A DNA stretch of 64,000 nt from Marsupella aquatica. Lineage: Eukaryota; Plantae; Marchantiophyta. Both the position numbers and the translations under genes were made by a program. The stretch covers positions 4,823,079 to 4,887,078 of the forward strand of contig OZ316898.1 in the NCBI GenBank assembly GCA_973895155.1. The letters run 5' to 3'. The stretch's first letter is position 1. Each line of letters begins with the position of its first letter. Below the pieces are notes generated by a model that was given only the letters and a program-made list of their open reading frames with translations, made no database searches and had not been told where the DNA came from. This document shows positions 14,073 to 28,383 of this stretch, in pieces.

Positions 14073-14360
14073 ACCCATTTGTGGTGGACTCATGATCTGC
14101 AATCTTTTCCAAATGAGGACTTATTTGAGTTCATTTACAAGCTGCAAGAAACTAACAAATAAGAGTACACATCTGGTAGAAGATACTAACAAATAAGGGT
14201 ACACATCAACCTATGCGTACCCATTTGTGGTGGACTCATAATCTATAATCTCTTCCAAAAGAGAATTATATGAGTTCATTTACAAGCTGCAAGCAACTAA
14301 CAAATGATGGTACACATCTAGTGTGGTACACACCTAGTGTAAGGAACTAACAAATAAGGT
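14073..14360. repeat. Tandem duplication, ~146 bp x2
   Basis: acccatttgtggtggactcat...gagttcatttacaagctgcaag.aactaacaaat at 14073 and 14219. Confidence 0.85.
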
Positions 14361-16315
14361 TACACATGTAATGTAATTAAATCTGCGAGTGGGACAGAGA
14401 TGTATTCTAAGGGGGCAAGTCTTTGCAAAGACACTAGCACCCATGGTGAAAGATTGAAGGTAAATGGCTCAAACTTGAGCATGCTATAATCCCCTGTCAA
14501 ATATGTGTGATCAAAACAGATAGCATGGGTCCAATGGGTGTTTGCCCCTTGAATTTCTCTTACATGGGCCCCTGTTGCTGGCAAAACAATTGAAATGAAA
14601 TGGAATGTCGTGGTAAAGGTACCCTAGCAGGTCCAAAGATATTATTAGTCTAGGATTAGAATCCTATGACTAATTGTTTGATAGGGCTTGTTTACGGAGT
14701 TGTCCTTATGCAGTTTGATTTTGTACTGTTCCTGATCTGGATGTGGATAAAATCAGCCCATTAAAAACTGTCAAGTAATCATGCCTTGTCTCCAAATTAC
14801 ATCAAATCTTCTTTTCATGTTTTGCATGGGCAATAAACCCGTGTTCCCGAAAAAGCAATACGAAAAGGGGCATTGTAGCAAAAGAAAAAATCTTCAGGTC
14901 AAAGTACTATTTGACTCTATGGTTGAGATTGTCCAGATTATTTTACGATTTATGGTCGAGAAAGCAGGATAACTTTTTGTATACCCTTTCCTCGGTGAAA
15001 TCAAAAGTGGTCCGGTATTACTCCCTTTGCACGACAATCAAGCAAGGTTTTCTTGTCTACTGGGATAACCCTACTCGTGGTGCCTTGTAGGGTAGAAGTT
15101 TTAATCCAACAAGAACATTACACCTGTGCTTGGAAGTCCCTTTTACTATCCTATCACCCAAACTCGTTGACATTACCAACCTGTCGCCCAAAACCTATTT
15201 AATTGTCAGGTTGGCCCCCCATCTTGTGCATGGATCGGGTTAACTAGATTCTACTAACCCCAGATGGAAATAAATTTGGTGGCGGACGCATGGAAGCTCC
15301 CAATTCACCTTTGCTAACCCCATCCAGCCTTGCATTCACCCTGGACCATATATGCCATCCAAAATTCAGGGAGGTATCAACTGTTGTGTATGAGCAAAAC
15401 CATTGTGTTTTGGCCGTCCCCATTTCCCCCACTTTTACAGTTGGAGTGGACTAGCTTGGACAATTCATGAGTCTAAATACATGAGCCCCCAGACTAATTA
15501 TGCATATCTCGGGGTAGTCCAATCTGGTTAAGCCAACTGGCAGAGCCTGATAATTAAATTAATTTGGGGGCAAGTTAATAATTTGAGTAGTTTGGGAGAC
15601 CTTAAATTAAGAAAGGGTTTTGAAAAGAAAAGGTCTACTGCAGCAAAGACAAGAATGAAGATTGAGAGTTTAGGGTTTAGGATATGTAGTTATAGAAATT
15701 CACCAGTGGGGAAGAGATGAATATCTAGGTGAATACACTGTATCTACATCACATGTATTGAATACAAAACGAATCACAAATACAGTGCGTCACACTTAGT
15801 TGCTACTCCCTAAGGACATTAGGCCAAGTATAAACATACAGTGCTGATACTTACTCCTCTTAGTTGATAAGTACTTATGAATGAGATGTAATTATTTTTA
15901 TGATTAAGGCATCTATTTTGAGTATAATGGTAGGAGATGAACTTCCACCAAAATTTATTTATCAGTGAGAGAGAGGAAAGAAGTACAAAGAGGACAAACA
16001 CCTAACAAGTAAAAAGAAAAGCAAGTGCAATAAAAGAAAAGCAAGTGCAATAAGTGAAAAGTTTCAAACACTACATCAATGCAAACTCAATTACTAGTGT
16101 ACACATTGGAAAATGTGACAAGAATTAATGGTTCACATCCATTGTATTAAACTAAATTGCAAGTAGGACAATAATGTACTCTAGTGGGCGCAGAGGCACA
16201 ATAGTGCTCACTATGAGGGATCCACACAGTGTATGAGGGAGATATTTATAATTGCAAACCCCTCTTTTGTTGTTTATTTTCCTAAAGGTTAGGCTTAAAA
16301 AAGAAAAAAGAACTA

Positions 16316-16680
16316 CTGTCTCCCCCGAAACAAGGCCCTGGGCGTCATGTTTGAAAGTGTAAAAAATAGCGTGTCAAGACAAAAAGTAATTTGATTCCTT
16401 GGATAGAAAGCCCGAGCTCAGTGTTTGAAGTCAGGGCCTTGGATTTGAAAAGAAACTGCTTTGAGTTCTAGCGTGGGATCTTTACCTTCAAACTAACAAG
16501 ACAAACCAGGCCATAAGCCAATTTGAAAGCTCTGCCTCAAAACACAAGGCCCTATTGGATCCTTGCCAAACTTACTGTTTGAAACCCAAATAAAAGGCCC
16601 AGCCATTCCTATTTGAATAGTCCACCCTAGGGCAGACTATTCAAATACAAGGCCTGGGTCATATTTTCAGGGGAAGAGGG
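16316..16680. mobile_element. Tc1/mariner(pogo)-like MITE
   Basis: Ends TA-CTGTCTCCCCCGAAA and TTTTCAGGGGAAGAGGG-TA (imperfect TIR, TA flanks). Internal repeats of aaggccc/tttgaa, and a 13-bp hairpin tatttgaatagtc...gactattcaaata. Confidence 0.5.
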
Positions 16681-19600
16681 TAGGACCAATGAAGCATAGA
16701 GATCCATTTTAGAAGAGTCACCATCTCTTTGGGAGCATGGAGATAATGATTAATTTTGGTTAATCCTCTAATTAGGTCAAACTAGGGCAGTTCCTCTACT
16801 CTAGGATGGAACGGCTTCAAACTTTGTCAGCATTGTCAAAAGACAATTGTCTGACTTGGAAAGGATTATTGGCTAGAGCAACAATGAAAATCAATGTTGA
16901 CATTTTTATGGCTTGTTTGAACGCCTTCAGAGTCTCATTGACATCAACTTACATCTAACCACACAAAATCTGCAGAAAGACTAGATTCAATACTGGTCAT
17001 TGGGTTTCTTAGTTGCTCTACTTGGCTGACCTTATGATTTGCAAAACCAGGATTGTACTCTCCTCTCCTCTCCTCAGCCCCAACTTGCTCCTTTCAGTCA
17101 CAATTGAGGAATGGTCCAGACTGTGCATGCTTGGACCCCCTGTCCCTCATCCTACCCTAAAGCCTGTCTATGCCATGTGCTGCCACCCTAACCCATAGAA
17201 TCATGGCTGGGCTTAGGTTAAGGCCGCCCCTCTAATTATGCCTCATTGTTTGTGCGGGTGTTTGTGATGACATGCAGGTTTGGAACTGCACATAGAGCTC
17301 CTCTCCCTTTCCTGGACCATTGCCTGCCCACACTCACCCCTCAGCGCCTGGCAGTTCAAGCTTCCCAGCCCTAGCTTGTCCCCTGACCCAGGACTGGGCA
17401 ACCAGTTAAGGAAATCATTTCATTCAAGTTCAGGACAAGATTTCTTAAGGCGGGTAAATGAAATGCAAAATGGGGAAATGGGGACCAGCATAAAATCCCC
17501 ACTTCACATTGGCCTTCTTGAATTGAGATCTTTTTGGGCCCTTCCCTACTTGCCCACCTCCAAAGCCAAGAAGACCTTGACCCTCTCCCTTTACTATCTT
17601 AGGCCTTTGCCTCTTGGGTTCTGCTGCGGCACCTGAATCGTGTAAGGACAACACTTTCTGAAATGAAACGTGTAACTATTGAGAACGCTTGTGTAATAAC
17701 AACGCTTTTCACAATGAAAACACTCTCACAACAAGAACACTGCTTGCATGACAACACTTTAGTAACAATAATAATTTAGCAAGTACAACACCTTTGTATA
17801 ATGAACAAGACTTTGGTAATACTAATGGAAGTAGATGTTAATAAAAACTGTGTTGGACCACCTGATGGCATGTAATGGAGGTGCCCATTATGAATGCATG
17901 CATTTGAAGTCCACCCATTTCCACTATCACTCATGGCAATGATGACACTCAAAATAGAATCCACATGTCACATATTATGGAGGGGAGAATTGGACCCAAA
18001 AATGGAGACAACAGCAATCAAGGAAGGGCCAAGTCCGATTGAAAAAATCATACACCAATTTTCATCTCTTGCAGCATTTGTCATGTCAAAACTGAAATTG
18101 TGTTACAATCCAAGCTTTGGCAAAGGATGTTGATCCCAGCCTGCAATTTTCCAAGAGCCCAGGAAAGACAATTAGGAAAGCAAGGGCCTGATAATCCCAT
18201 ATTCACACACCAATCAGTTTTAACTACTTGAGTATTGTTCTCCATAAAATTTGGATTGAATCTCTTGTTAGCCTCTATGGTAAATAGCGCAATGCACATA
18301 AAAGAAACAGCAGTACTCTGCCACACGGCACCCACCCACACCCACGCATTGGATGTATTTCCATAACATGATAAACCCAATTGTTCTTTTATGTCGCTTA
18401 GTGTTGTTCCTTTTATGTAGCCAGGTACATTGTAGGCCGTTGCTTTTTGATGTACAGTTATCCGGACACTCGCATTAGCTCCAGATAACTGTCCATCAAA
18501 TTTCTTTTCCTGTTTAGGAGTCCTTTCCAGCGTGTTGGTTACCCTTTCACAATGGGCCTACCCCAGATGCCTCTCAGGAAGGCTTTGCAAGTACAAAAGG
18601 GTAAAAATTTATTGGCCACTTGTGTTTTACCATACCTGACTCACAGGTCCATATAATCTGCCTCCTGGCCCAAAAAGGTGATAGGATAGTACATTTAACA
18701 GTGTACTGGCAGAATGGGAAGAGATCTAGAGGTCCTTTCAAATACCACCTTAAGAGGTGGTTTAAAGTTTAGCCAGAACTACACTGTATACATAAGTATC
18801 TTGGGGCCAATCTTGGAGGTCCAACACCAGTCCATGTAGGATTGAGAGATTTATTGATCTCTTAATTTTGCGTAAAGCCAAAATGGACCGTTTACTTGAT
18901 ATGAACCTTTAACTTGATATGAAGAAATTCTTGAAAGTGTCTAGTCCTCTATTATCCTGCCTTTCTCATAGAACCGTCTCACTCCACAGCTTTACCCCAT
19001 TTTGGGTTGCATGGTCTTTGTGTAGTGTGTTTATATTCTCATATAAAAACAAGTTCAATACCTGTATGGTGCAAGATTAGCAAGGGTGAGGCATGGGCTG
19101 GGAGGCAAGGGAGGTATTCATGGCCGATCACTGCTAAAAACAACCTTTCAGCAAAAGGGCCAAGATTTTTTTATGCCCAGATGATCATTCATAAACAAAC
19201 AACCAACCAGACTAGGATGAGCAATTTTCTTTGTCAGTAACATTAGCTACTAAGTTAAAGTACATCAATTTTTGAGGTTTTGAGACCACCTATTAGAATG
19301 TATAGATTGCTTTGTGTAGATTAGCGAGAGCAAGGCACTGATGGGGAGGCCGAGGCCACCCAGGGAGGTGTTGCCGATCAAGGTGATATAAACACAAGTT
19401 TTCTAGCGAATGGCCAAGATTTTTACTTGTAGAGATTAGTATTCATAGAATAACAATCGACCAGGCCAGAATGAGCTAACTTGGATATTATAATATGTAG
19501 GTACAGTGGATAGATTGGTTTTGGTCACAACGGGAGTTTGATTCAACCACCCATAACCAGGGAAAAGATACTATACACCATAAACAGTATACTGGAAGAA

Positions 19601-20404
19601 CTGTACATGAATTCAGCATGACATCGCCGTACACCAGACCACACATGCAGGGCGGAAATGTGATGACTGTCATGTCATGTCATGTCATGTCATGGGCCCG
19701 CATGCGAGGCACACTTTTATTACCCGACAGTACACCCATGTTGCCCGCCCTCTTGGCACCCACCTCCTGCCCCGCAGTGCCCGCGGGCAAAACCCTGAAA
19801 CAAAAAAGACTATGCGCATGTTTCTTTAGATAATTACTCCCATTAATCCCATGCGTGCATAATGCCATGCGCGCATGCATGGCGCGCCGCTACGTGCCCC
19901 AGTCCCATAGGACGGGACCAATCACCCAAACTACTGAAGTACTGAACTGACCGGCTGACTGGACGCTTGGGCTGCATCGAATCATGGTTACAACCGCGGT
20001 CAACGGAACTGACAGCTTTGATTGCATGCAGCGTATGTGGACTGTACAAGACTGCCCCTTATACGACTCAGGCTCCATGCATGCACTTACCGCGCCGCGG
20101 AGCTCGATCTATTGTACCGTATTTGTACGATATCAATGCACAGCCTGACTCTGACGCAGGTAGTCCGGATGAATACGTAGGAAGTTGTTAGTTAGATACT
20201 GTACAATAAATACATAAATACGTACGTATTATCCCGGATTCACAGGTATGAGAATCTTCTACATGGTGTTTATGATATCGACGTAGATGTGTCCTGTAGA
20301 TATTATCCCGAATGCATACGGATGAAGGAATTGTATTGTACGAGACCAATGCCTGTATTAAACTATTGCCGAGTATTAACGCAAGGCATGGTAAGGGCGA
20401 GACA

Positions 20405-20986
20405 CAGACGGCTTGGCCCGGTTTGACCTTGCCCGTCAAACTGGCCGAAAATCTTTGGCAAATCGGCAACCCGGCACCCGGGTTCGAGAGCAGTCCGGGC
20501 CAGGACAAGTTCGGGAGACGTTCGGGCCGGGTCCGGGCCACGTTCGGGCGAGGTTTGGGGGAGGTTGGGGGAGTTCGGAGGGGTTCGGGCGAGGGGGAGT
20601 TCGGGTGAGGTTCGGGGGACCAAGAGTTCAGGGTAGGTCGGGGGAGTTCGGGGGAGGGTTGGGGGAGTTTTGGGGGAGTTCGGGGGAGTTTGGGAAGGGT
20701 CTGGGTTCGGGTCCGGGGGAGTCCGGGACTCTAAACCCCGCCCTCCTTCCCCCAGCCCCGACCCCAGACCCGGCCCCGACCGGCTGCCACCCCGAACCGG
20801 GGTCCGGGGGAGTCCGGGTTTGGGTCTGGGGGAGTCCAGGAAGGGTCCAGGGGAGTCTGGGTGAGTTCGGGAGAATATTGAGGAATATCCGTCAAATTGG
20901 TCATTTTCGAACCGTCATTTGACAGTTTGACGTGCCCGGCAAGCCGTCAACTTGCCCGTCAGGTTAAACTGGGCGGCTTGGGTCTG
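20405..20986. mobile_element. Non-autonomous DNA transposon (hAT-like MITE) with G-rich internal repeats
   Basis: Imperfect TIR CAGAC...GCCCRGTTTRACCT at both ends. Subterminal CCGTCAA/TTGACGG motifs and internal GGAGTTCGGGG repeats. The flanking 8-mers gcgagaca / gccggtca only partly match. Confidence 0.45.
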
Positions 20987-21988
20987 GCCGGTCACTCCCT
21001 GATTTATTAGGTTTTACTTTTCTCATGAGTGTGCTGTAAAAAGAAAGATATGGAGGGCCCGCACGAAGGTGTTTTGGGTCCATCACCAATGGCAGAAAAA
21101 CAGTTTTTCTGGGAACGGCCATGATTTCTTACTGCGCGGATGACACTCAGAACCAGACCACCGGGCAGAATAGGCAGGATTAGATAAAACTGTGTACAAT
21201 ATTGCTAATAGAGGGGATTGAAACCTACTTTTAAAGGCTACTCTCTAAAGTGAAAGTGAAACCTCTAGAGACAGTGACTCTAAGGGGATAACCAGAAAAT
21301 AGAGATGGGGAAAATATGAAACTGAAAATAACAAGTATTTTCCTTTGGCATATCTATCTCCGTTTGAGGAATGGGTAATCAGGCTAGAGTAGCAAAGGGT
21401 TGGAGGTCTTTTAGTAACACCCCAAGAGCAAAAGGCATGAGTTTTTGGGGGACTGACTAGACATCTCCATAAACTCATGGATTTTTGTATGGGTTGATGC
21501 CTCTAACATATAAAAAAAATTTAACATCCATTCGGTTGCCAAAGTTTTTCCTCTAGAATCTTTCCTTTTGTGCTGCTGTTGTGCGGTCATGTAACTTTTT
21601 GTCAAGAAAGTGTAACCAGTTATGCATGGTTTAGCAAGATTGCAAATAGGTTCCATTTCAAAAACTTTTTGTAAAACTTGCACTAAGGGAGCTATGATTC
21701 TAACCTTTGCAAATAGGTGTATTGGCTAAGTGAGTTTGGCATAGGAATTAGGATAGGTCTTCAGGTGGCTTCAAGAGGTGTCGGGAGCCCATTGTTTCCT
21801 TTTATCCTCTTTGAGATTAAATTTGGACAGCATCATGAATGGGAATTTCTCCAAGAACTTGGGGGCCCATTCAGGTATCGTGTTTGTGTATCTATGGCAA
21901 GAATTGGGCCAAGTAAATGCTCAGTTGCATGGCTTTCCTTTTTAAAGAATATTTTAGACAGTCTCTAAAGGCGGTTCCAACATTTGGG

Positions 21989-22141
21989 AACTTTGGCTCC
22001 TTCATTGGAGGGATTTGCATTCATTGAATTTCATTCAAACAACTTTGGCTCTTCATTGAAGGCATTTGCATTCATTGAATTTCATTCAAACAACTTTGGC
22101 TCTTCATTGAAGGCATTTGCATTCATTGAATTTCATTCAAA
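21989..22141. repeat. Tandem repeat, 51 bp x3
   Basis: aactttggctcttcattgaaggcatttgcattcattgaatttcattcaaac repeated. A degenerate fourth copy lies near 22235. Confidence 0.9.
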
Positions 22142-22504
22142 AGATGTTTGGTCGAGTCTATCTTCCTAAGAACTGAAGCCCTCCAATTTTTCTTTGCTGA
22201 AAAGAAGTCAACAGACATTTTATAATTTTTAGTCCCTCATTTGAGGGATTTGCACTTATTCAATCTCATTTCAATCTAGAGTTTATCTATGGTATCTAGA
22301 GTCTATCTTTAGAACAAGAAGTGGCCCTCCAATTTGCTTTGGTGGAAACAATTACAAGTGTCTCGACGTAGTGTGGACCCACCCTCAAGCAGATGTCTCG
22401 TAAGGAATGACTGTCGAACCTGCGACAATCATGATGTCATGGAATATATGTAAGAGTTAGGTGAGCTGCAAGAGGGCTGTGAAGTTGGCACACAAGCCCC
22501 TTCA

Positions 22505-22650
22505 TTGCTTGAGGGACCCCAAAATGAATTGCCTTACTTGATAGTACCCCTGAAATTCTGGGTATGGTGATTCAAGGTCAATCAACCGGTCTGGATCACT
22601 CAGGGGTCCTATCAAATAACACTTTTCATTACGGGGTCCCATCAAGCAAA
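22505..22650. mobile_element. Foldback MITE, copy 1
   Basis: ~50-bp imperfect inverted arms (ttgcttgagggacccc... / ...ggggtcccatcaagcaa) around ttcaaggtcaa...ggtctggatcactcagg. Homologous to 28229-28383. Confidence 0.65.
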
Positions 22651-25600
22651 TCCCTCTTCTTTGTTCCAATGGGGAAACTTCAGGATTGTTGGCTTGTTTG
22701 TCTCATATAATTCATTCATGTGTTTGCTAATCAAACAATTTTGACCAACATAGCTAAACTTCCAATGATTACCACTAGGTCTGGGGTTCAAATCCCTTAA
22801 ACCACAACTGCCCTTCAAAAGCTACGGGTTACCCGTAGTTACCATTAAAAGTAAATTTTCCTGAAATTGTGGAGCAAACTGGCATGCTAGAGGAGAAAAG
22901 TGATTGAAATATGGAAAAAGGGGAAGATCTTGGACACTTCCCCTTATATATAGGGGAAGTTGTGGTTTAAGGATTCTTTGCAAAGGAGGGGAGGGAGGGA
23001 GTAAGACCGAAACCACAAGTGACAATTTTCTCTCATAATTAAATCACCCAAGCCTGTTATTTCTGCTAAAATGAATGCAGGAAAAACTCAAAACAAAAAT
23101 TCATTGGGAAAACTTGCTTACAATTGACTTGAAATGAAAATATAGACCAAGAAATCTAAATAATATCCACTCAAAGAAGAATTGACACAAAATTGCTACA
23201 CCGGACTCGTCTGGCAACTATCAAAACATCAAGGCTTGTCTAGGCAAGGGGTGAATTTTGAGTAGACCTAGCAGCAATTTAGAAAGTATTGGTTTTAGAA
23301 AGTATTTCACTTATCCATTCATTGTTTACAGTTTCAATTGCACTTATGAATAAGCTCAAATCCTAGAATTCCCCATTTCTTTTGAGTAATGAAAAATTGC
23401 AGTATTGGGTGGATTCTATATATAAAGGGTTGCACTTACAGAGGGGCAACTGCTACAGAGCCATCCCGGTTTGCTTAGGACCTCTATGAAATATTAACTA
23501 TATCCTACTCCAGAACGTAACATAAAGCCAGAATATTATCCTTCTGTCCATAATGTATTCACTGAAAAGTCAGTATTTACCCCAGGATGCTTCTACTATT
23601 ATTAGATTTCACTAGGAAAATTTCTTTCCATGGTCCACAAAGTAGTGTACTAAGAATAGAGAAAGGTTTGCCGTGAAGCCCCCATGGATTTACAAAGCTT
23701 GGATGGATTGACCCAGAACATCAAATATTGCTGGATAGCACTCTTTCCAGTATAGGGGTTCCTTAATGTTTGTAGCCTGTTTTCATTAGTTTGCGTGGCA
23801 AGTTGCTGTTCATGCATAAACTACTCAGGGCATCCTTCAAAAAGCCAAACTTCCATGGACAGTTGGCTTATAATATTTAACCATTTTTGCACTCATAGGC
23901 AGTGGAGCAAATGATTTTTGAAGAATCTCAAACTTTGTTAGTTAGAAGATACATCATCGAGGGCTCTGGAAATATTTGAATGTAAACAAAGATCCAAAAT
24001 AGTTTGCTCAAAAGCATCATTTTACAGTTGGTGGGGTGCTTTGAAAAATTACTCAGGGCATCCTTCTCAAAAGTGAAATGTCTTTCCAAAAGAAACCCTA
24101 CAATGTGAATCTACACTAGCGCCTAGCAGGAATTGAGTAACTAAAAGGAAACGTGTTACACAGTCCATGGGGGTGGGCACAAACAGACCTATTGGTCCAT
24201 TTGAGCTTAATCATTTTTCCGTCCAGAACTTTTAATAATTCTTTGCATTCATTCTTTCATTTTGAAACTAAGATGGCACTACTCTAGAGTGGAGTCCTGC
24301 CGTCCCAAACAGCGACACCAGATGACCAGACTCGTATGGTGACTGACACGAGACTGCCCCCTCCCAGTTGCCCGCCCTTCCGCCTTCCTTGACTATTCTG
24401 GCCTCTGGGCACTCGGTGCCCGGGCCAAGTACGCCGTGTTATTACCCTACACAGTAGTTGATGCACGGTCCAGCACCGCAAAAATGTTCTATTGAGCTGG
24501 CTCTTCAAAAAAAGGTCACTTTGGGGAAAACTTTCTGACTGGCATACCGGGTAATGGGAACGTCCTCGTAAATTTTCCCCGCACTGTTGCTTTTTTGTTG
24601 TAGGTATCTCACAATCACGGTCTTACGCGAATCTTCATCGCATCTACTCTACCCCAGATTTTTGCAGGCTCATAATTTCATGTACGAGGCATGACTGTTT
24701 TCCATGTCATGCTATGCTGACCGCTGCTAATGATGACGTGCATGGGGCAGCATCTCCACCGGTCCTCTCCCTCACAGTCATGTACGGTACCGTGCTGTCC
24801 CTCTGCCCTGTCGTTATCGTCCCGTTCATTCCGCCCCTTCCACTCTTTGCGAATGACCAAACCGAACCGAACGATCAGCGCTTCAACAGACAGCACCGGG
24901 CAGCGTAAGTTTCGTGCCAAATTCAGCGTGCAATGATTTGTCGGTGTTTGTCGCTGCAGATGGAGTGAGGCTCTCGATTGGATGGCGTGGCATGACACAG
25001 CATTGCATCGCATGTGTGCACGACTGCGGTGCTTTGTCGTCATTCACCGTACACATGTTTCAGGCTCTCCGTCCAAAATCTGTGGCATCAACATTCAACA
25101 GAGACAGACAACAACATCATTCTCATGATGATCCAGTACGAATACTTATATTTTATTCCAGAAAATAACGCCAAAAATATTGTTCTCCTGATTTAGTTTT
25201 AGAGCTTTAAGAAAGAGCCTATACACTGACAAGTCAGTGTTTATATCCCTATACTTAGAATGTTCTTACAACACGATAGTCTCTAGGTTTAGGTTTCACA
25301 AGCACTCTACCTTGGGGAGTATCAGGGGCGCTCCATCCCCTGGGTAGAAAAGTTAATGTTTTTCACCTTTCCAATTATGGGGCAATGACACAAATAGTAT
25401 TATGCATTGTTTTAGTATATAGTAATGCCTGTTTAGAGGGCATTAGGAGATTGAAGCCACCAAAACCAGGTTTTCACTATCGGACAAGATGTGTCCTTGT
25501 CCGACAGGACAAATGATAAATCGTCCATAGTTTGGGAAACACTACCTGGATACCTTTGAAGGCCTGAGATTTACTAATTACCAACATGGAAAAGAGGTGA

Positions 25601-28228
25601 TCTAAATCCTGGCCGGACCATTATTTACCAATAATACACTAAAAAATAAAAAATCACTAAGATCACTAAGCTTGAAAATAACCTAATATATCAAATAAAG
25701 ATGCTTGGACTATTAAATATGCACTCTAGAATTATTCTCAACACTAAGTAGAGTTGGTCCCAGGGTACTCAAATAACAGGTACTCAAATTTTGGATAATT
25801 ATTATTATGTTGCTCACCCTGATATTCTTTCAGTAACGAGGCAGACATTCGATTAATCGTCTTCTGACTCCTCGGAGGGTGAATCCCCCACTCGGGCAAA
25901 AAAATCAGAGAATAATTTTCCTGTATGTTAATGTCAGTACTTATTTATGTATCACAATACCCGGAATGACACTAGGATAATGGTTTTCTGCGGCTTTGGG
26001 TTTTCTGGCAAAGAATAAGAGACCGAGTTATTTAATATTTATTTATTACTTGCACTAATCGGACAAACGACTCTAGGATAATCACCGTCTGGCTCCTTGA
26101 GGGGTAACTCCGTGGTCAAAGAATCCTAGAATGATTTTCTTTTGGCCGCGGGCAAAGGGATGGATGCCAGCAGGAGAGCAGCGATACGATAGTGATGATG
26201 ATTCGTTCTTGATGTACAATGTCGTGTCTTTCCCATGTGATGGATCGGATGGGAATGTGGGATGGGATGCGATGGGATACGATGCGATGGGATGTGATGG
26301 GACGGGTTGAGGGGATGGGATGGACGCAACCTGATTTGACATGACATGTATGATGACGCGCAGGATGCGTGCATTTTGGTCGCGTTGACATGACCATGCA
26401 TGTCTTTAGTTGGACGGGCTCAAGTTATTCTCTTGCTGTCATTACTGCGGTATCGCTGTCGAATCGACGGTGGAACTAGTCCAGCGACGGGGACGAGCGC
26501 TGTGGATGGGGCTCCTTTCCATTTCTTTGCTTTCCATTAATGGCGTGTGTTGTTGGGAGACAAACATCACTTTGCGTGGCATGGCAAAAATGCATGCTCT
26601 ACTAGGATTTAGGGTCCAGTAAAAGCTTGCATCATGCCTATTGATATTGGTGATGGCTTTTGGTCATAAAAATAACCGGAAAGGCTTCATTTATGGATTT
26701 CAATGCCTCATTGGTACGGGTCATATGGGTGATGGTTTTCTCTCATAAAAAATGGCGTCACGTTTTCCCCAGGGTTAGTTTTATCTCCATAGTGACTTAC
26801 AAGGTAACTAATCATTCCTTGATCAAGTTTTGAAGTTTTAGATCCCCTATTGTCCATTTTTAGAATTATTTTTTGGCTTGCCTGTTACTGGGGGGGGGGG
26901 GGGTCGTTCAGGAAGAAGAGTGACTTTTGGGAAAATAAGACATTACAAAATAGAGATGAATGCTTTGGTGGGACTCAAACCACAAGTTTTTAGTCTGTGT
27001 GACTCATCATCAAAAACACTTGTTTGGTGTGACTCCTGCCATGACATCGCCACAGTGGCTCTTGTGGGGAGAATACATGAGATACTTGCAAGATTTAATA
27101 GAAACTTCCTATCTATTTTTCTACAGTCACTTAAGACCATTTGATCTGCTGTGTTGACCTACGCTGAGTAGATAGGTCAAGCTCCCCATACTTGGCCATT
27201 GTGGCACTCCCAAGCAGCAGCCTGTGTCCACCTACACTTGAGCTTGGGGATGCCAAAGGCAGAAACAACCGAATACCCAATCAGAATGCAATGGCTCCAA
27301 GCCCAGAAGCACTCATGTCACTACAGATGTTGCTTTCCTCCTTGCAGGAATCAGCCTTTCCCACTACTATTGGCAGAAGTTAAGGTATGTGGGAGACTAG
27401 GTCTCTGGTAGGCAGCTTCCCTTTTTGTAAGGCAAGTCCTTAGTTCCTTATATTAGACAAAGTCAAGCTTCATTTTAGTCTCCTATACTTTTGACTCTCA
27501 ACTCAAGAAATCCAAATATGTAATTAACAGAAAAAAATGTTTTGACGTGGAAAACCTTTATCAATACCAAATTATATGGTTATTGTTTAATGCCTGGGTC
27601 TGTATCCACACGAGTTAGATCTTTGAATTTTAATTTAAACTTTTAAATTCTTTAATAAATATTCGAGTAATTGTAGCGAATTTTAGGGGAATCTTATGTG
27701 AAGGTGGACAACTAAACATTATAAAAATTAAAAGGGAAAACCCAAAATTTTCCCAATGTCATATTTTATCACAGCCAAACCTATTTGCGGCTTTAGTTAA
27801 TATAAAACTTTAGGTCACCTTTGCCTACTATACAGGAGTCGCGTACATGGGCCAGGTACTCCTTTGTAGGTTCACATCCTGAACACTCATCCATGTACTG
27901 TACACTACTTTTCGTACTATGGTCCCATACAAGAACTGTCACTTGTGCCCTGAAGTGATCCAAATCTGTTTTTGTTTGCAGTTTTGTGAAGTGTTGTGTT
28001 GAAGCTTACGTTTGGAGTCTTGCTGACAATGTTTGTATTCTATTAACCCTCAAACACAGGTGTCGAGGGTTCCCTTTGATCTTCAATAATGGCAGAGAGA
28101 ATCTCAGCCTCTTGTTACTTCAGGGTAACCCCTCAAGTTGAAAAGAAGAGTTGAAAGCTGCAGGGACTCCCACTCACCTACTTTGGCAGCCTTGAGTATT
28201 ACCAGTGCAAGCCAATTTTGGTGATCAG

Positions 28229-28383
28229 AGGGTTCTGCTTGATCAGACCCCAAAACAAATTGCATTACTTGATAGGACTCTTGAAGTTTTGGGTACATTG
28301 ATTCAAGGTCAACCAACGGTCTGGATCACTCAGGTCCTACCAAGTAACACATTTCATTTGGGGTCTGATCATGCTAGAGCCCT
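28229..28383. mobile_element. Foldback MITE, copy 2
   Basis: Arms agggttctgcttgatcagacccc... / ...ggggtctgatcatgctagagccct. Same core as 22505-22650. Confidence 0.65.

Noticed and set aside
15668-15682. Telomere-like tttagggtttagg
   Set aside because: Under two units; at most an interstitial telo-box.
20188-20922. Gly/Pro-rich ORFs
   Set aside because: By-products of G-rich repeats in a non-autonomous TE.
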